Assembly: GCA_963758525.1 (NCBI GenBank)
Contig: CAVWVQ010000003.1
Coordinates: forward strand, 2,752,001 to 2,816,000
Direction of reading: 5' to 3'
Source: an uncultured Phycisphaerales bacterium
GTDB lineage: Bacteria > Planctomycetota > Phycisphaerae > Tepidisphaerales > Tepidisphaeraceae
DNA: 64,000 bases
Shown: piece after piece, positions 39,102 through 48,519 of the stretch
Position numbering within the stretch: position 1 is the first letter of the stretch
Layout of the letters: every line of letters begins with the position of its first letter
Translations under genes and position numbers: made by a program
The notes under the pieces: model-generated
What the model was told of the DNA's origin: nothing
What the model saw: only the letters and a program-made list of their open reading frames with translations
Databases searched by the model: none

Positions 39102-39475
39102 CAGAAACCCCACAGCATGACGGACACAGACGCCCAGCCACGCGTTAGAGCGCGGGCCCAAGACCCTGCATACCGACGATATCGCGAAAGCTCGCTGGCA
39201 GATTTCCACCCTAAACGAAAGGCCCCTGCCCCAGCGCGATCGGCGCAACATAGAATTTAGAGGCAACCCAGTCAACAGAAAAAGACGAATTCTTTCAAAA
39301 TTACATATATTTACCATGATTTATATGTTTTATGACAAAACAACACACAGCCGCACGCGACATGCCTCGGACGCGAACGAGTTTGCGTACATAGACATCG
39401 ACGCGGTATGTTCGATATTGATTCGCGGTCCCCTTACGGCGCGCCCTTCGCGATGGACCAGCATCTCAGGAAGCG

Positions 39476-41269
39476 ATGTCAAAAGCTAATACTATGGATG
39501 AGGCCGGACCGCTGGCAGAGCGAGAGTCGCTTGATTCCAAGCCTGTCGGGATTGGAGGCAACTTCGCTCCACCCCTGCCGGCAAACGAAAAAAAGCACCA
39601 CACCGCTTGGGGCCGCCGTGTTCTCGCCGCGCTTGCGATCCTCCTGGCTCTGTTGAGCGGCCTGAACCTTCGGCACTGGACTTGGCAGCACACGGGCACG
39701 ATCCGGTTCTCCGCTGATCTGGCAAACGCCTATAAGTGGGGGAGCAGAGCCTCAACCGAAGGGGTGGTTCACGTCTATGAACACGTCGAAGCGGAGAAGC
39801 GCGACAGCGCGGCGAGCGACGCTCCGCCGTCTTATGATTTGGATTACCCCCCGTTGCGGCTCGCCATCGCCGCGTGGTGGGTGAGGACCGTAACCACAGA
39901 CTCTCGATGGCCGGCGACCGCAGGCTGGCAGCGGTCGTATGCCTTTAATTCGCCGATGCTTGCGCTCAACACGATATCCGGACTTTTCGGAGCGATCGGG
40001 ACGTACGTGCTGATTCGGCTTTGGTATATCAGAGGTTTTCCGACGCAGAATAAAAGCGCGGCCGAAGTTCGAGCATTGACCGGCGCTCTGCTGTTTTGGT
40101 TCAACCCGGCGGTTATTTGCGATGGCTACGGCTGGCCTCAGTGGGACATCTGGCTTTGGCCATTCTTTCTGTTCGCGGCGCTGCTCGCGAGCGTTGATCG
40201 GTGGCTTGCCGCAGGAATCCTGATCGCGACCGGGGCGATGATCAAGGGCCAGATCTTGCTGGTCGCGCCGATCTTCGTGCTCTGGCCGTTGATCCGACTT
40301 AAGCTCCGCGCTGTCTTTCAATTTCTAGCAGGCTTCATATTTGGCGCTGCATTGATTACAGCCCCGTGGTCGATCCAAAATAAGAGTGCGGTACTCTGGA
40401 TTCTCAGGGCAGCGGTTGCATGCGGCCTGCCCTTGCTCGCGCGCATCACATTTCCCAAGAGGGCGAGACTCGCCACGGCTGTCGCAATCATATTTGGGGC
40501 GGTGCTGGTGGTGAGTCCACTTATTCGGGGCGGCGCATTGTGGTTTGCGTGCGGGATGTTGCTATTCGTGATGATCGGCATCCTAACGGCAGTTGTCCCC
40601 CGTCGCGATCTGCCTTCGATATTCTCGGCGCTTGCATCGATTGTCATCTTCCTCTGCGTGCCGTTCTATCACGGGACGGCAGCATGGCTTGCGATTGGCT
40701 TTGGTTATGGAGCGCGCAAATTCGAGAAGCTGATCGGGGGCACCACCGGAGTCGTAAACCTCGGCAGCCTGCTGCAGCACCAGTGGGGTTGGACTTACAA
40801 AAGTACAGTGCCGCTTCACTTCTCCGCATTCGGAGTCAGTGCGATTTCCATCTCGGGCCTGATGATCGGGATGTATTTGGTGGCACTGGCGCTCGCTTCG
40901 CTGGCGCTGGCAATCCAGGATCGGCGCGGGGACGTGCGTTTTCTGGTCGCCTTATGCGTCCCCTGGCTGGCGATGTATGCGTTATTGCCGCAGATGCACT
41001 CCCGCTATCTGCTCTGGGCGGCGGCTGCGACCGCGACCATGACCGCTGTCAGCCTTGGCCTCACGCTCCTGCACCTTCTCATTACGCTCACAGCGACATC
41101 CACCATTCTGGCAGCGATGGCGGCGGTGAGACAAAATTCCCCGCCGCAATGGCTGCTGACAGCAATCGCGGGAAATGACGGCCTCGCGTGGGTGGTCCTG
41201 TTGTGCGCGGCGATGTTTCTTTATCTGGCTTTTCTGCCTTCGCCGCCGCTGCTCCAGCATCGCGGGTGA
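39476..41269 (+). CDS. Polytopic GT-C-type glycosyltransferase (mannosyltransferase-like)
   Basis: LDYPPL, FNPAVICDGYGWPQWD, IKGQ, LPQMHSRY; more than 10 TM segments. Confidence 0.7.
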   Translation: MSKANTMDEAGPLAERESLDSKPVGIGGNFAPPLPANEKKHHTAWGRRVLAALAILLALLSGLNLRHWTWQHTGTIRFSADLANAYKWGSRASTEGVVHVYEHVEAEKRDSAASDAPPSYDLDYPPLRLAIAAWWVRTVTTDSRWPATAGWQRSYAFNSPMLALNTISGLFGAIGTYVLIRLWYIRGFPTQNKSAAEVRALTGALLFWFNPAVICDGYGWPQWDIWLWPFFLFAALLASVDRWLAAGILIATGAMIKGQILLVAPIFVLWPLIRLKLRAVFQFLAGFIFGAALITAPWSIQNKSAVLWILRAAVACGLPLLARITFPKRARLATAVAIIFGAVLVVSPLIRGGALWFACGMLLFVMIGILTAVVPRRDLPSIFSALASIVIFLCVPFYHGTAAWLAIGFGYGARKFEKLIGGTTGVVNLGSLLQHQWGWTYKSTVPLHFSAFGVSAISISGLMIGMYLVALALASLALAIQDRRGDVRFLVALCVPWLAMYALLPQMHSRYLLWAAAATATMTAVSLGLTLLHLLITLTATSTILAAMAAVRQNSPPQWLLTAIAGNDGLAWVVLLCAAMFLYLAFLPSPPLLQHRG

Positions 41270-41387
41270 GACAAGGGGTCCTAAATGACCTTGCGCGATT
41301 ACCCGCTTCCCAAACACTTTCAGCCGCTGCCCAGGGGCAGCATGATCTCTGCACGTGGGGCGTGCTCGCGCACGTTCATTTAGCCAG

Positions 41388-42698
41388 CTACGCCGGCACG
41401 ATATGATCGCGGCGGCCGCGCACTTTAGCCATGGCGTTGCGGGTGTCGACGATGAGCATTGCGTGATCCGCGATCAATTGCCAGTCGTATGCGGAATGAT
41501 GCGTTGCGATCAGCACGCAGTCATAGCCCGCCAGCGCCTCGGGCGTGAGCAGAATGCTGCGGCGAGGCACGTTGTGGCGGCGCATCGGATGGGTGGCAGG
41601 AACGTGCGGATCGTGATAATCGACCGACGCCCCCAAACCTTCCAGCAGTTCGATCAGCTCGAAACTTGGACTCTCGCGCACGTCGTCCACGTCCGGCTTG
41701 TACGCAAGCCCAAGCACAAGAACGCGGCTTCCCTTCGCGGCTTTGCCGGCGTTGTTGAGCGCGAGAACGGTTCGATCCACCACGTAGTGCGGCATGCGAT
41801 GATTGACCTCGCCCGCCAGCTCGATGAATCGGGTCGACATGCCAAACTCGCGGGCCTTCCAGGTGAGGTAATAGGGATCGATCGGAATACAGTGGCCGCC
41901 GAGCCCTGGACCCGGATAAAAGGTTTGAAATCCGAACGGCTTGGTGCCGGCCGCGGCGATCACTTCCCAGACGTCAATCCCCATCGCCTGGAGAACAACC
42001 TTCATTTCGTTCACCAGGGCAATGTTGACGGCACGATAGATGTTCTCCAGCAGCTTGGCGGACTCCGCGACTTCCGCGGTGGAAACGAGAATCACCTTGT
42101 CCAACGCCGTCCGATAGAGCGCGGCGGCGAGTTCGCCCGAAATCGCATCAATTCCGCCGACCAGTTTGGGAATCGTCGTCGTGTTGAAGTCCTTGCGACC
42201 GGGATCTTCCCGCTCGGGGGAATAAGCGACAAAGAAATCCTTCCCGAGCAACAGCCCCCGCGCTTGCAGGCGGGGCAGGACCACCTGCCGAGTCGTACCC
42301 GGATAGGTGGTCGACTCGAGCACGACCAGTTGTCCCGGCCGCAGCGCCGCGGCAATGTCATCGGCAGTCCTCTCGACATAACTCAGATCGGGCTCCAGAT
42401 GCGGCCCCAGGGGCGTTGGAACACAACTGATAATCGCGTCCGCTTCCGCAAGCCGTTTGGGATCGCTCGTGGCGTCGAACGTGGCGCCTTGAAGAAGGTC
42501 CCTGGCAAGCGATTCGCCGAGGTGTTTGAGGTAGCTTTCCCCTCGTTTGAGCGACTCAATCTTGCGGGGGTCGACGTCGTAGCCAAGGGTGGGAAGCCCC
42601 GCGCGATGAAACGCCGCGAGAAGGGGCAGCCCGACGTATCCGAGCCCGCAGACCGCCACGACCGCCGACTTCGATTGGATCTTCGATGCAAGGTCCAC
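41388..42698 (-). CDS. Nucleotide sugar dehydrogenase (UDP-N-acetylhexosamine 6-dehydrogenase family)
   Basis: GLGYVGLP, CVPTP, ESTTYPGTT, SPEREDPG, KLLEN, GPGLGGHCIPID, GLAYK.DVDD.RESP. Confidence 0.95.
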   Translation of the reverse strand: MDLASKIQSKSAVVAVCGLGYVGLPLLAAFHRAGLPTLGYDVDPRKIESLKRGESYLKHLGESLARDLLQGATFDATSDPKRLAEADAIISCVPTPLGPHLEPDLSYVERTADDIAAALRPGQLVVLESTTYPGTTRQVVLPRLQARGLLLGKDFFVAYSPEREDPGRKDFNTTTIPKLVGGIDAISGELAAALYRTALDKVILVSTAEVAESAKLLENIYRAVNIALVNEMKVVLQAMGIDVWEVIAAAGTKPFGFQTFYPGPGLGGHCIPIDPYYLTWKAREFGMSTRFIELAGEVNHRMPHYVVDRTVLALNNAGKAAKGSRVLVLGLAYKPDVDDVRESPSFELIELLEGLGASVDYHDPHVPATHPMRRHNVPRRSILLTPEALAGYDCVLIATHHSAYDWQLIADHAMLIVDTRNAMAKVRGRRDHIVPA

Positions 42699-42736
42699 CC
42701 CAGCCTCCTAAAACGCCTGAGAAGTGCGTTGTGTGA

Positions 42737-43513
42737 TTATTTCCCGATCTTTTTGACAAGATAGTTCGGATTGTGCTCGACAATCTCATATTTTCCCGAC
42801 GCACGGACTTCCTGAATCACCCGGCCCACGCCCTCAAACGCGTACCCGTCGCTCGAGTCATCGAAGAGGATGTAGCCGTTCTCGACCAGCAGGCGGTCGC
42901 AATTGATGAAGTCGCGTTTCGCGAAGTCATAGGTATGGTTGCCGTCGATGTAGGCGAACGCCAGCGGACCGCCTAGCTGGACGTTGCGGCCAAAGACGTC
43001 CGTGCAGATCTTCGCATCGCGCCAGAGACTGAAGAACTCGTCGGAGAACACCTCAATGGTGTGAGGCAGCCGCAAATGGGAGAACGTCTGCACGTTTCGC
43101 AGGAAGCTTCCCCGGACGAACTCGCGATAATCGTCATGCGTGACTGAAGAGCCCGCGAGAGGTTGGCCGGGTTGAGCGCCCTCGAATTCCCACTTGTCGC
43201 AGGTGAACAACGGGCGGTCTATCGCGTGTCTTCCCATCAGGTATGTCAGAATGTTGGTCGAGAGCCCGCAGAACGAGCCGATTTCGAGAAGCGATCCGGT
43301 CGGCGGCAGATTGCTGATGGCGCGCGACATCGCCGTGACATTTCCGTCCAGCAGCATTCCCGCATTTGCGAAGCGGAGCCAGCGCGTAAACTGCTGCTCC
43401 TGCGACGGAATCGCTGCCTGCCCGTTTTGGGCTCCATTTTTCCCCAGCAGCAATCGAGCCGCCCGAATCGTAATCGGCGGCAATACCTGCTTCAGAGCTT
43501 CTTTCGCCGTCAT
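42737..43513 (-). CDS. Class I SAM-dependent methyltransferase (Methyltransf_24-like)
   Basis: LEIGSFCGLST, YIDGNHTY, GYILFDD. Confidence 0.88.
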   Translation of the reverse strand: MTAKEALKQVLPPITIRAARLLLGKNGAQNGQAAIPSQEQQFTRWLRFANAGMLLDGNVTAMSRAISNLPPTGSLLEIGSFCGLSTNILTYLMGRHAIDRPLFTCDKWEFEGAQPGQPLAGSSVTHDDYREFVRGSFLRNVQTFSHLRLPHTIEVFSDEFFSLWRDAKICTDVFGRNVQLGGPLAFAYIDGNHTYDFAKRDFINCDRLLVENGYILFDDSSDGYAFEGVGRVIQEVRASGKYEIVEHNPNYLVKKIGK

Positions 43514-43633
43514 CCTCCCGCTCCTGTCACATTAGATACAGCGTATCTTAACGATCGCCGACGAGAAAATGCGAATGCCGAGACGGGAAGAGTCGTGCCG
43601 GGTGTGGCGCTCGAAAGTGGCGATCGGCTCCGA

Positions 43634-43701
43634 GTAGGGCGGGATTCATCCCGCCGATTTGTTGGCCGGCTGAGAAAACGGCGGGATGAATCCCGCCCTA
43701 C
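43634..43701. repeat. GTAG-family REP doublet, family B
   Basis: Same arms as 28243-28415; upstream flank GGGTGTGGCGCTCGAAAG is also shared. Confidence 0.9.
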
Positions 43702-43777
43702 GATCGCAAAATCTGCAATCGCCACAAATAAAAGTTACACCCGTCGTGCCGGGTCAGGGCGATTGCATGTGACAGTT

Positions 43778-43835
43778 TTGTGGTGCAGGCTTCCAGCCTG
43801 CTGCTTGGGAAGCAGGCTGGAAGCCTGCACCACAA
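43778..43835. repeat. REP-like palindrome, family A
   Basis: TTGTGGTGCAGGCTTCCAGCCTGC...GCAGGCTGGAAGCCTGCACCACAA. Confidence 0.9.
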
Positions 43836-43942
43836 TGGGAAATCGTCCTTCCGGAAGTCACATGCGATTGCCCTGGGTGCCGGGTATGCCCAGTTTTTCG
43901 GGAATTTCCGGGAGCGTGGAACTTTGGGTGCTGCAATTATTT

Positions 43943-43970
43943 CCCCCTCCCCTGGTACTCCGGGGGAGGG
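43943..43970. repeat. REP-like hairpin, family C
   Basis: CCCTCCCCTGG-tact-CCGGGGGAGGG, related to 19224-19253. Confidence 0.7.
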
Positions 43971-44220
43971 CCGGGGTGGGGGCTTGCCAGGGGTCGCGCG
44001 GTGTGGGTAGCGAATCAGCGCTTCGCTTCCCGTCCGCACCTCAATCCCCCGTACAAGGGGAGCAGGTGACGGGACGCTCCAAGGACGCTCCCGTGAAATT
44101 CACGCACGTTTTGTTATCAAGTTTGCGCGGCTGCTCACACCGTCGCGGGCGGGAAGTTTTTCCCGACCGCGTTATACTCCCGATACGCTTCGGCAACTTG
44201 AGGCGCGAAGAGTCGAGACA

Positions 44221-45372
44221 ATGCGCACAAAACGACTGATCCGACCGCTTGTGCAACTGCTCGTGATACTGTTCGCCTTGGGGCTGCTTTATCACTTCTG
44301 GCATGCAAATCCGCCGCCGCCAGCCCCCGTGGGCGGGGGGGACAATGACGAGGACGACGTCAAATACAGCCCCATTGTGCCTGTGAGCGTCGCTCCAATC
44401 ACGGTTGCGACGATGCACTCGTCTATCTTGGCGTACGGGACGGTCGAAGCAGCGCCGGCCACCGCAAGCGAAGGGGCCGCAGGAGCTTCGATTCGCGTGC
44501 CGGTCCCTTCACTGGTAGCCGAGGTGAACTGCATCGAAGGACAGCACGTCGAGAAAGGGCAAACGCTTTTCAAACTGGACGCACGGGCCGTCTCCGCGAA
44601 CGTCGGGCGTGCGCGACGAGAACTTGCGGCTGCAAATGACAACCTGGCCCGCCTTGAAAAGGCGACCGACGTTCCCCGGCAGTATCAGTTGCGCGGTCAG
44701 CTTGACCGGGATCAAGCTCAAGCCGCGATGGACGCTGCGATCGCCCAGGAGGCGATGCTGAATTTCGCCTCGCCGATTGCGGGATCGGTTGTCCAGTTGA
44801 ACATCCGGCCCGGCGAGCTGGCCGATCCGTCAACGCCGGCGGTGCAGGTTGTCGATCTCAGCCGCCTTGTGATTGCGTTAGAGGTCCCCGGCTGGGAGCT
44901 CAGCGAAATACAACTCGGAGCGGAAGCTGAAATCACCCGGCATGGAGGAAAGGTCCCCGCCGCCGGCGACACAACCGCTCCCGCGACTGGGCCCGTATCG
45001 TTTGCGGGGAAAGTGGTCTTCGTCGATCCGCAGGTCGATGCGAGCACCGGCATGGGCTCGGTGGATGTCTCCGCGCCGCCCGAAATGCATCTGCGGCTCG
45101 GCGACTTCCTCAGCGTGCGGATCGTCAGCCGTGAACACAAGGATTGCCTGACGGTCCCCGCCACGAGCCTTGTAAGAGACGCGAATGACAACTGGGGAAT
45201 CAGCATCGCGGTTCGTGACTTTCACTCCGCGTTTCGCCATCGCGTGCAGGTTGGAATCATCGAAGGGGATCGCGCCGAGGTCGCCGGAGAAGGAGTCTGG
45301 GCCGGCGAATACGTGGTGACCACGGGTGCGCATGCGCTGCCGGACCAATCCAAAATCGAAGTTGCCCGGTAA
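44221..45372 (+). CDS. RND efflux periplasmic adaptor (membrane fusion protein)
   Basis: N-terminal TM, lipoyl halves (GQHVEKGQTLFKLD; SPIAGSV), GKVVFVDPQVD, TVPATSL. Confidence 0.92.
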   Translation: MRTKRLIRPLVQLLVILFALGLLYHFWHANPPPPAPVGGGDNDEDDVKYSPIVPVSVAPITVATMHSSILAYGTVEAAPATASEGAAGASIRVPVPSLVAEVNCIEGQHVEKGQTLFKLDARAVSANVGRARRELAAANDNLARLEKATDVPRQYQLRGQLDRDQAQAAMDAAIAQEAMLNFASPIAGSVVQLNIRPGELADPSTPAVQVVDLSRLVIALEVPGWELSEIQLGAEAEITRHGGKVPAAGDTTAPATGPVSFAGKVVFVDPQVDASTGMGSVDVSAPPEMHLRLGDFLSVRIVSREHKDCLTVPATSLVRDANDNWGISIAVRDFHSAFRHRVQVGIIEGDRAEVAGEGVWAGEYVVTTGAHALPDQSKIEVAR

Positions 45373-45379
45373 TGGGGAC

Positions 45380-48300
45380 ATGGCGAGCCACACGATCGCC
45401 GGCGGGACACATCTGATGAATTCAGCGATCGGAAATTTCGCCGTCCGTCACGCCGTCTCCATCACCTTCCTCGTCGTCGCAGGCTGCATCGGCGGCGGAT
45501 ATGCCGCCCTGAACATGCCCTCGTCGGTATTTCCCGAGGTCAATTTTCCGCGCGTCATCATCCTGGTCGACAACGGCACGATGAAGGCCGACGAGATGAT
45601 GGCGTCGATCACGCGCCCGATCGAAGAAGCGATGAAAGACATCCCCGGCTGCAGGACGATTCGCTCCTCGACGGGCCGCGGCTCGGCCGAGATCGACGTC
45701 TTCTTCACCTGGGACGTCGATATAAAGCAGTCCGAGCTCTATATCAACAGCCGCCTGTCGCAGCTTCGCGGCGCGCTTCCCGCAAGTGCCAATGCCACCG
45801 CATACCGAATGACCTTCTCGGCGTTTCCGATTATCGGCGTGAGTCTCACCAGCCCGTCTCGTGACACCGGCGCGATCTGGGAGACGGCGCGTTATGAACT
45901 CAAGCCGCGATTGCTCCGCATCCCTGGTGTCGCGCGCGTGGAAATCGTGGGAGGTCGACCGCCCGAGTATCAGGTGACTGTCGATCCGGCCCGGCTTGCG
46001 GCGGCGCATCTCACGCTGGCGCAGGTTGCGGACGCTTTCAAACGCAACAATCTCATCGCGCCGTCAGGGCTGCATGAGGAAGACGCGCGGCTGTATTTGA
46101 CCGTCGTCGACGGACGACTGCGATCGCTGGCGGACATCGAAAATCTCACGGTGCCCGCGGGCAACGGAACTCCCGTCCAAATCAAGGAAATCGCCACCGT
46201 CGATCGCGGTCACGAGCCGGCGTTCAGCCGGGTCACCGCCGACGGCGCCAACGCGGTGCTGCTGAACATCTTTTCGCAGCCGGACGCGAGCACCGTGGAA
46301 ATCGCCGATCGGGTCCAGGAACAGCTTCGTGCCATGCGGCAGGAGCTTCCCGCCGACATCCGGTCGCGGTTGTTCTACGATCAGTCGCTGCTCGTGCGCG
46401 CTTCGCTGAAAGGGGTATGGGAATCGATCGGCTTTGGCCTGATCCTTTCGGCCGCGATCTTGTATCTGTTCCTGAAAAACTGGAGCAGCACGCTGATCGC
46501 CGCGGCGGTCATCCCCATCGCGGTGCTGTTCACCATTCTGGCAATGAAACTGTTCGGCATGAGCTTCAATCTCATGACGCTGGGCGGAATTGCTGCCGCG
46601 ATCGGTCTGGTGATCGACGACGCGATTGTGGTGGTCGAAGCAATCTACACGAAGCTCGCCACGGGTCTGGGCCGCGTGGAAGCGGTGCAGGTGACCGTCA
46701 GTGAAATCCTCTCTCCGTTGCTGGGTTCCACGCTCACACCGGTGGTGGTCTTTATTCCCCTGGCGTTTCTCGACGGCATCACCGGCGTCTTCTTCCGCGC
46801 ACTGGCGCTCACCATGACGGTCTCCCTTCTCACATCGCTGATCCTCGCGCTCACGCTGACGCCGTCGCTCGCTTCCTGGCTCATGCGCGCGCCCTCGCAA
46901 CGGGCGGTTCCTGAACTGCAGCAAGCCGAGGAAAGCGGCCTGCTCCTGCGGCTGGTCATCCGTCTCTATGAGATCAGCGTCGTTCAAGCGCTGCGGCATC
47001 GCTGGTTCACGCTCGCAATCTGCGGGCTGGTCCTCGTATTTGCCGCGATGCTCTATTCAACGCTCGACAGCAATTTTCTTCCCGCCATCGACGAAGGCGG
47101 CTTCGTGATCGACTACATCGCGCCGCCGGGCACGAGTCTCACCGAAATCAATCGGCAGATGTTCCAGGCGGAAGCGATGCTCAGGAGCATTCCCGAGGTC
47201 GAAAGCTATTCCCGCCGAACCGGCGAGGGGCTTGGCGTGCAACTCGTTGAGCCCAACACCGGTGATTTTCTCGTCAAGCTCAAGCCCGATCGCAAGCGGA
47301 CCACGCAGCAGGTCATTGCCGACGTGCGGGAAAAATTCAACGTCGCGCTTCCGCTGACCAAATGGGATTTCCCCGGCATTCTCAGTGATCTGATCGGGGA
47401 TATGACGCTGGCGGATCAGCCGATCGAGGTGAAGATCATCTCGAACGATATCGAGTTCCTCAAGGACAGGGACGTGAAAGTCGTAGCCGCGCTGAAAAGA
47501 GTCCCCGGCGTCGTCGACGTGCTGAACGGCATGATCTACACCGGGCCGACGATCGACATCCACGTGCGGACCGGCGACGCCCAGCATTTCGGCCTGAGCA
47601 CCGAGGAGATCGGCAACGCCATCAATCTCGCGATGCTCGGTCAGACAGTGTCGGCTGTCCCCGAGGCCGATCGGCTCGTCAACATCAGAGTGAAGGGGAA
47701 TAACGATTCCGTCGACAGGATCGAGAAACTGCACAGCCTGCCGCTGCGGGCCGGGAGCGGCGCGCTGATCACGCTCGCCCAGGTCGCGGACATTCGCCAG
47801 ACGCCGGGGGATCTCGAATTGCATCGCGACGACCTCCGCCAGGACCTTTCTGTCGACGCGGAACTGGAAGGCCGCGACCTCGGCAGCACCATGGCCCAGA
47901 TCCGCTCGATTCTCGACAAAGACAAAAGCTTTCCCCCCGGCAGCATCGAATACGGCGGAACCTATGAAGAACAACAGGAATCCTTCAGAAAGCTCATCGT
48001 TGTGCTGGTGCTCGCCGTGGTCCTCGTCTTCACCGTCGCGCTGCTGGAATTCCGCTCGTTCTCCGCGCCGCTTGCCATTGTCTTCGGCGCGCTCCTCTCG
48101 TTCTTCGGCATCGTCGCGGCACTGAAAATGACTGGAACATCCCTCAGCGTCGTCGCATTTCTCGGCGCCATCATCGGCATGGGCATCGTCCACAAGAACG
48201 GCATCCTCCTGCTCGACTACGTCGAGCATCTGCGCGCCCAGGGAATGACTCTCGAAAATGCCCTTCTCTACTCCGGCCGTCGTCGGCTGCGTCCCGTTTT

Positions 48301-48508
48301 AATGACATCGCTTGCCGCCGCGATGGGAATGCTCCCCCTCGCATACGGCATCGGCTCCGGCACCGACATGCTGCGCCCGCTCGCGATCGCCGTCATGGGC
48401 GCGGTCTGCATTTCCGTGCTTCTGTCTCTGATCGCAACGCCGACGATGTATTACCTGCTGCTGCGGCTCGGCGACGGCTCCCGTCACCATAGAGTTGCCA
48501 AGCCATGA
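45380..48508 (+). CDS. RND efflux permease (CusA/AcrB family)
   Basis: FNLMTLGGIAAAIGLVIDDAIVVVE, GIVHKNGILL, RLRPVLMTSLAA. Confidence 0.95.
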   Translation: MASHTIAGGTHLMNSAIGNFAVRHAVSITFLVVAGCIGGGYAALNMPSSVFPEVNFPRVIILVDNGTMKADEMMASITRPIEEAMKDIPGCRTIRSSTGRGSAEIDVFFTWDVDIKQSELYINSRLSQLRGALPASANATAYRMTFSAFPIIGVSLTSPSRDTGAIWETARYELKPRLLRIPGVARVEIVGGRPPEYQVTVDPARLAAAHLTLAQVADAFKRNNLIAPSGLHEEDARLYLTVVDGRLRSLADIENLTVPAGNGTPVQIKEIATVDRGHEPAFSRVTADGANAVLLNIFSQPDASTVEIADRVQEQLRAMRQELPADIRSRLFYDQSLLVRASLKGVWESIGFGLILSAAILYLFLKNWSSTLIAAAVIPIAVLFTILAMKLFGMSFNLMTLGGIAAAIGLVIDDAIVVVEAIYTKLATGLGRVEAVQVTVSEILSPLLGSTLTPVVVFIPLAFLDGITGVFFRALALTMTVSLLTSLILALTLTPSLASWLMRAPSQRAVPELQQAEESGLLLRLVIRLYEISVVQALRHRWFTLAICGLVLVFAAMLYSTLDSNFLPAIDEGGFVIDYIAPPGTSLTEINRQMFQAEAMLRSIPEVESYSRRTGEGLGVQLVEPNTGDFLVKLKPDRKRTTQQVIADVREKFNVALPLTKWDFPGILSDLIGDMTLADQPIEVKIISNDIEFLKDRDVKVVAALKRVPGVVDVLNGMIYTGPTIDIHVRTGDAQHFGLSTEEIGNAINLAMLGQTVSAVPEADRLVNIRVKGNNDSVDRIEKLHSLPLRAGSGALITLAQVADIRQTPGDLELHRDDLRQDLSVDAELEGRDLGSTMAQIRSILDKDKSFPPGSIEYGGTYEEQQESFRKLIVVLVLAVVLVFTVALLEFRSFSAPLAIVFGALLSFFGIVAALKMTGTSLSVVAFLGAIIGMGIVHKNGILLLDYVEHLRAQGMTLENALLYSGRRRLRPVLMTSLAAAMGMLPLAYGIGSGTDMLRPLAIAVMGAVCISVLLSLIATPTMYYLLLRLGDGSRHHRVAKP

Positions 48509-48519
48509 GTTACGCGAGG

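Noticed and set aside
41355..42764. Long antisense ORFs here and at 14321..15784, 47057..48229, 57907..59502 and 2350..3387
   Set aside because: Shadow frames of well-supported genes on the opposite strand in GC-rich DNA, with no recognisable motifs
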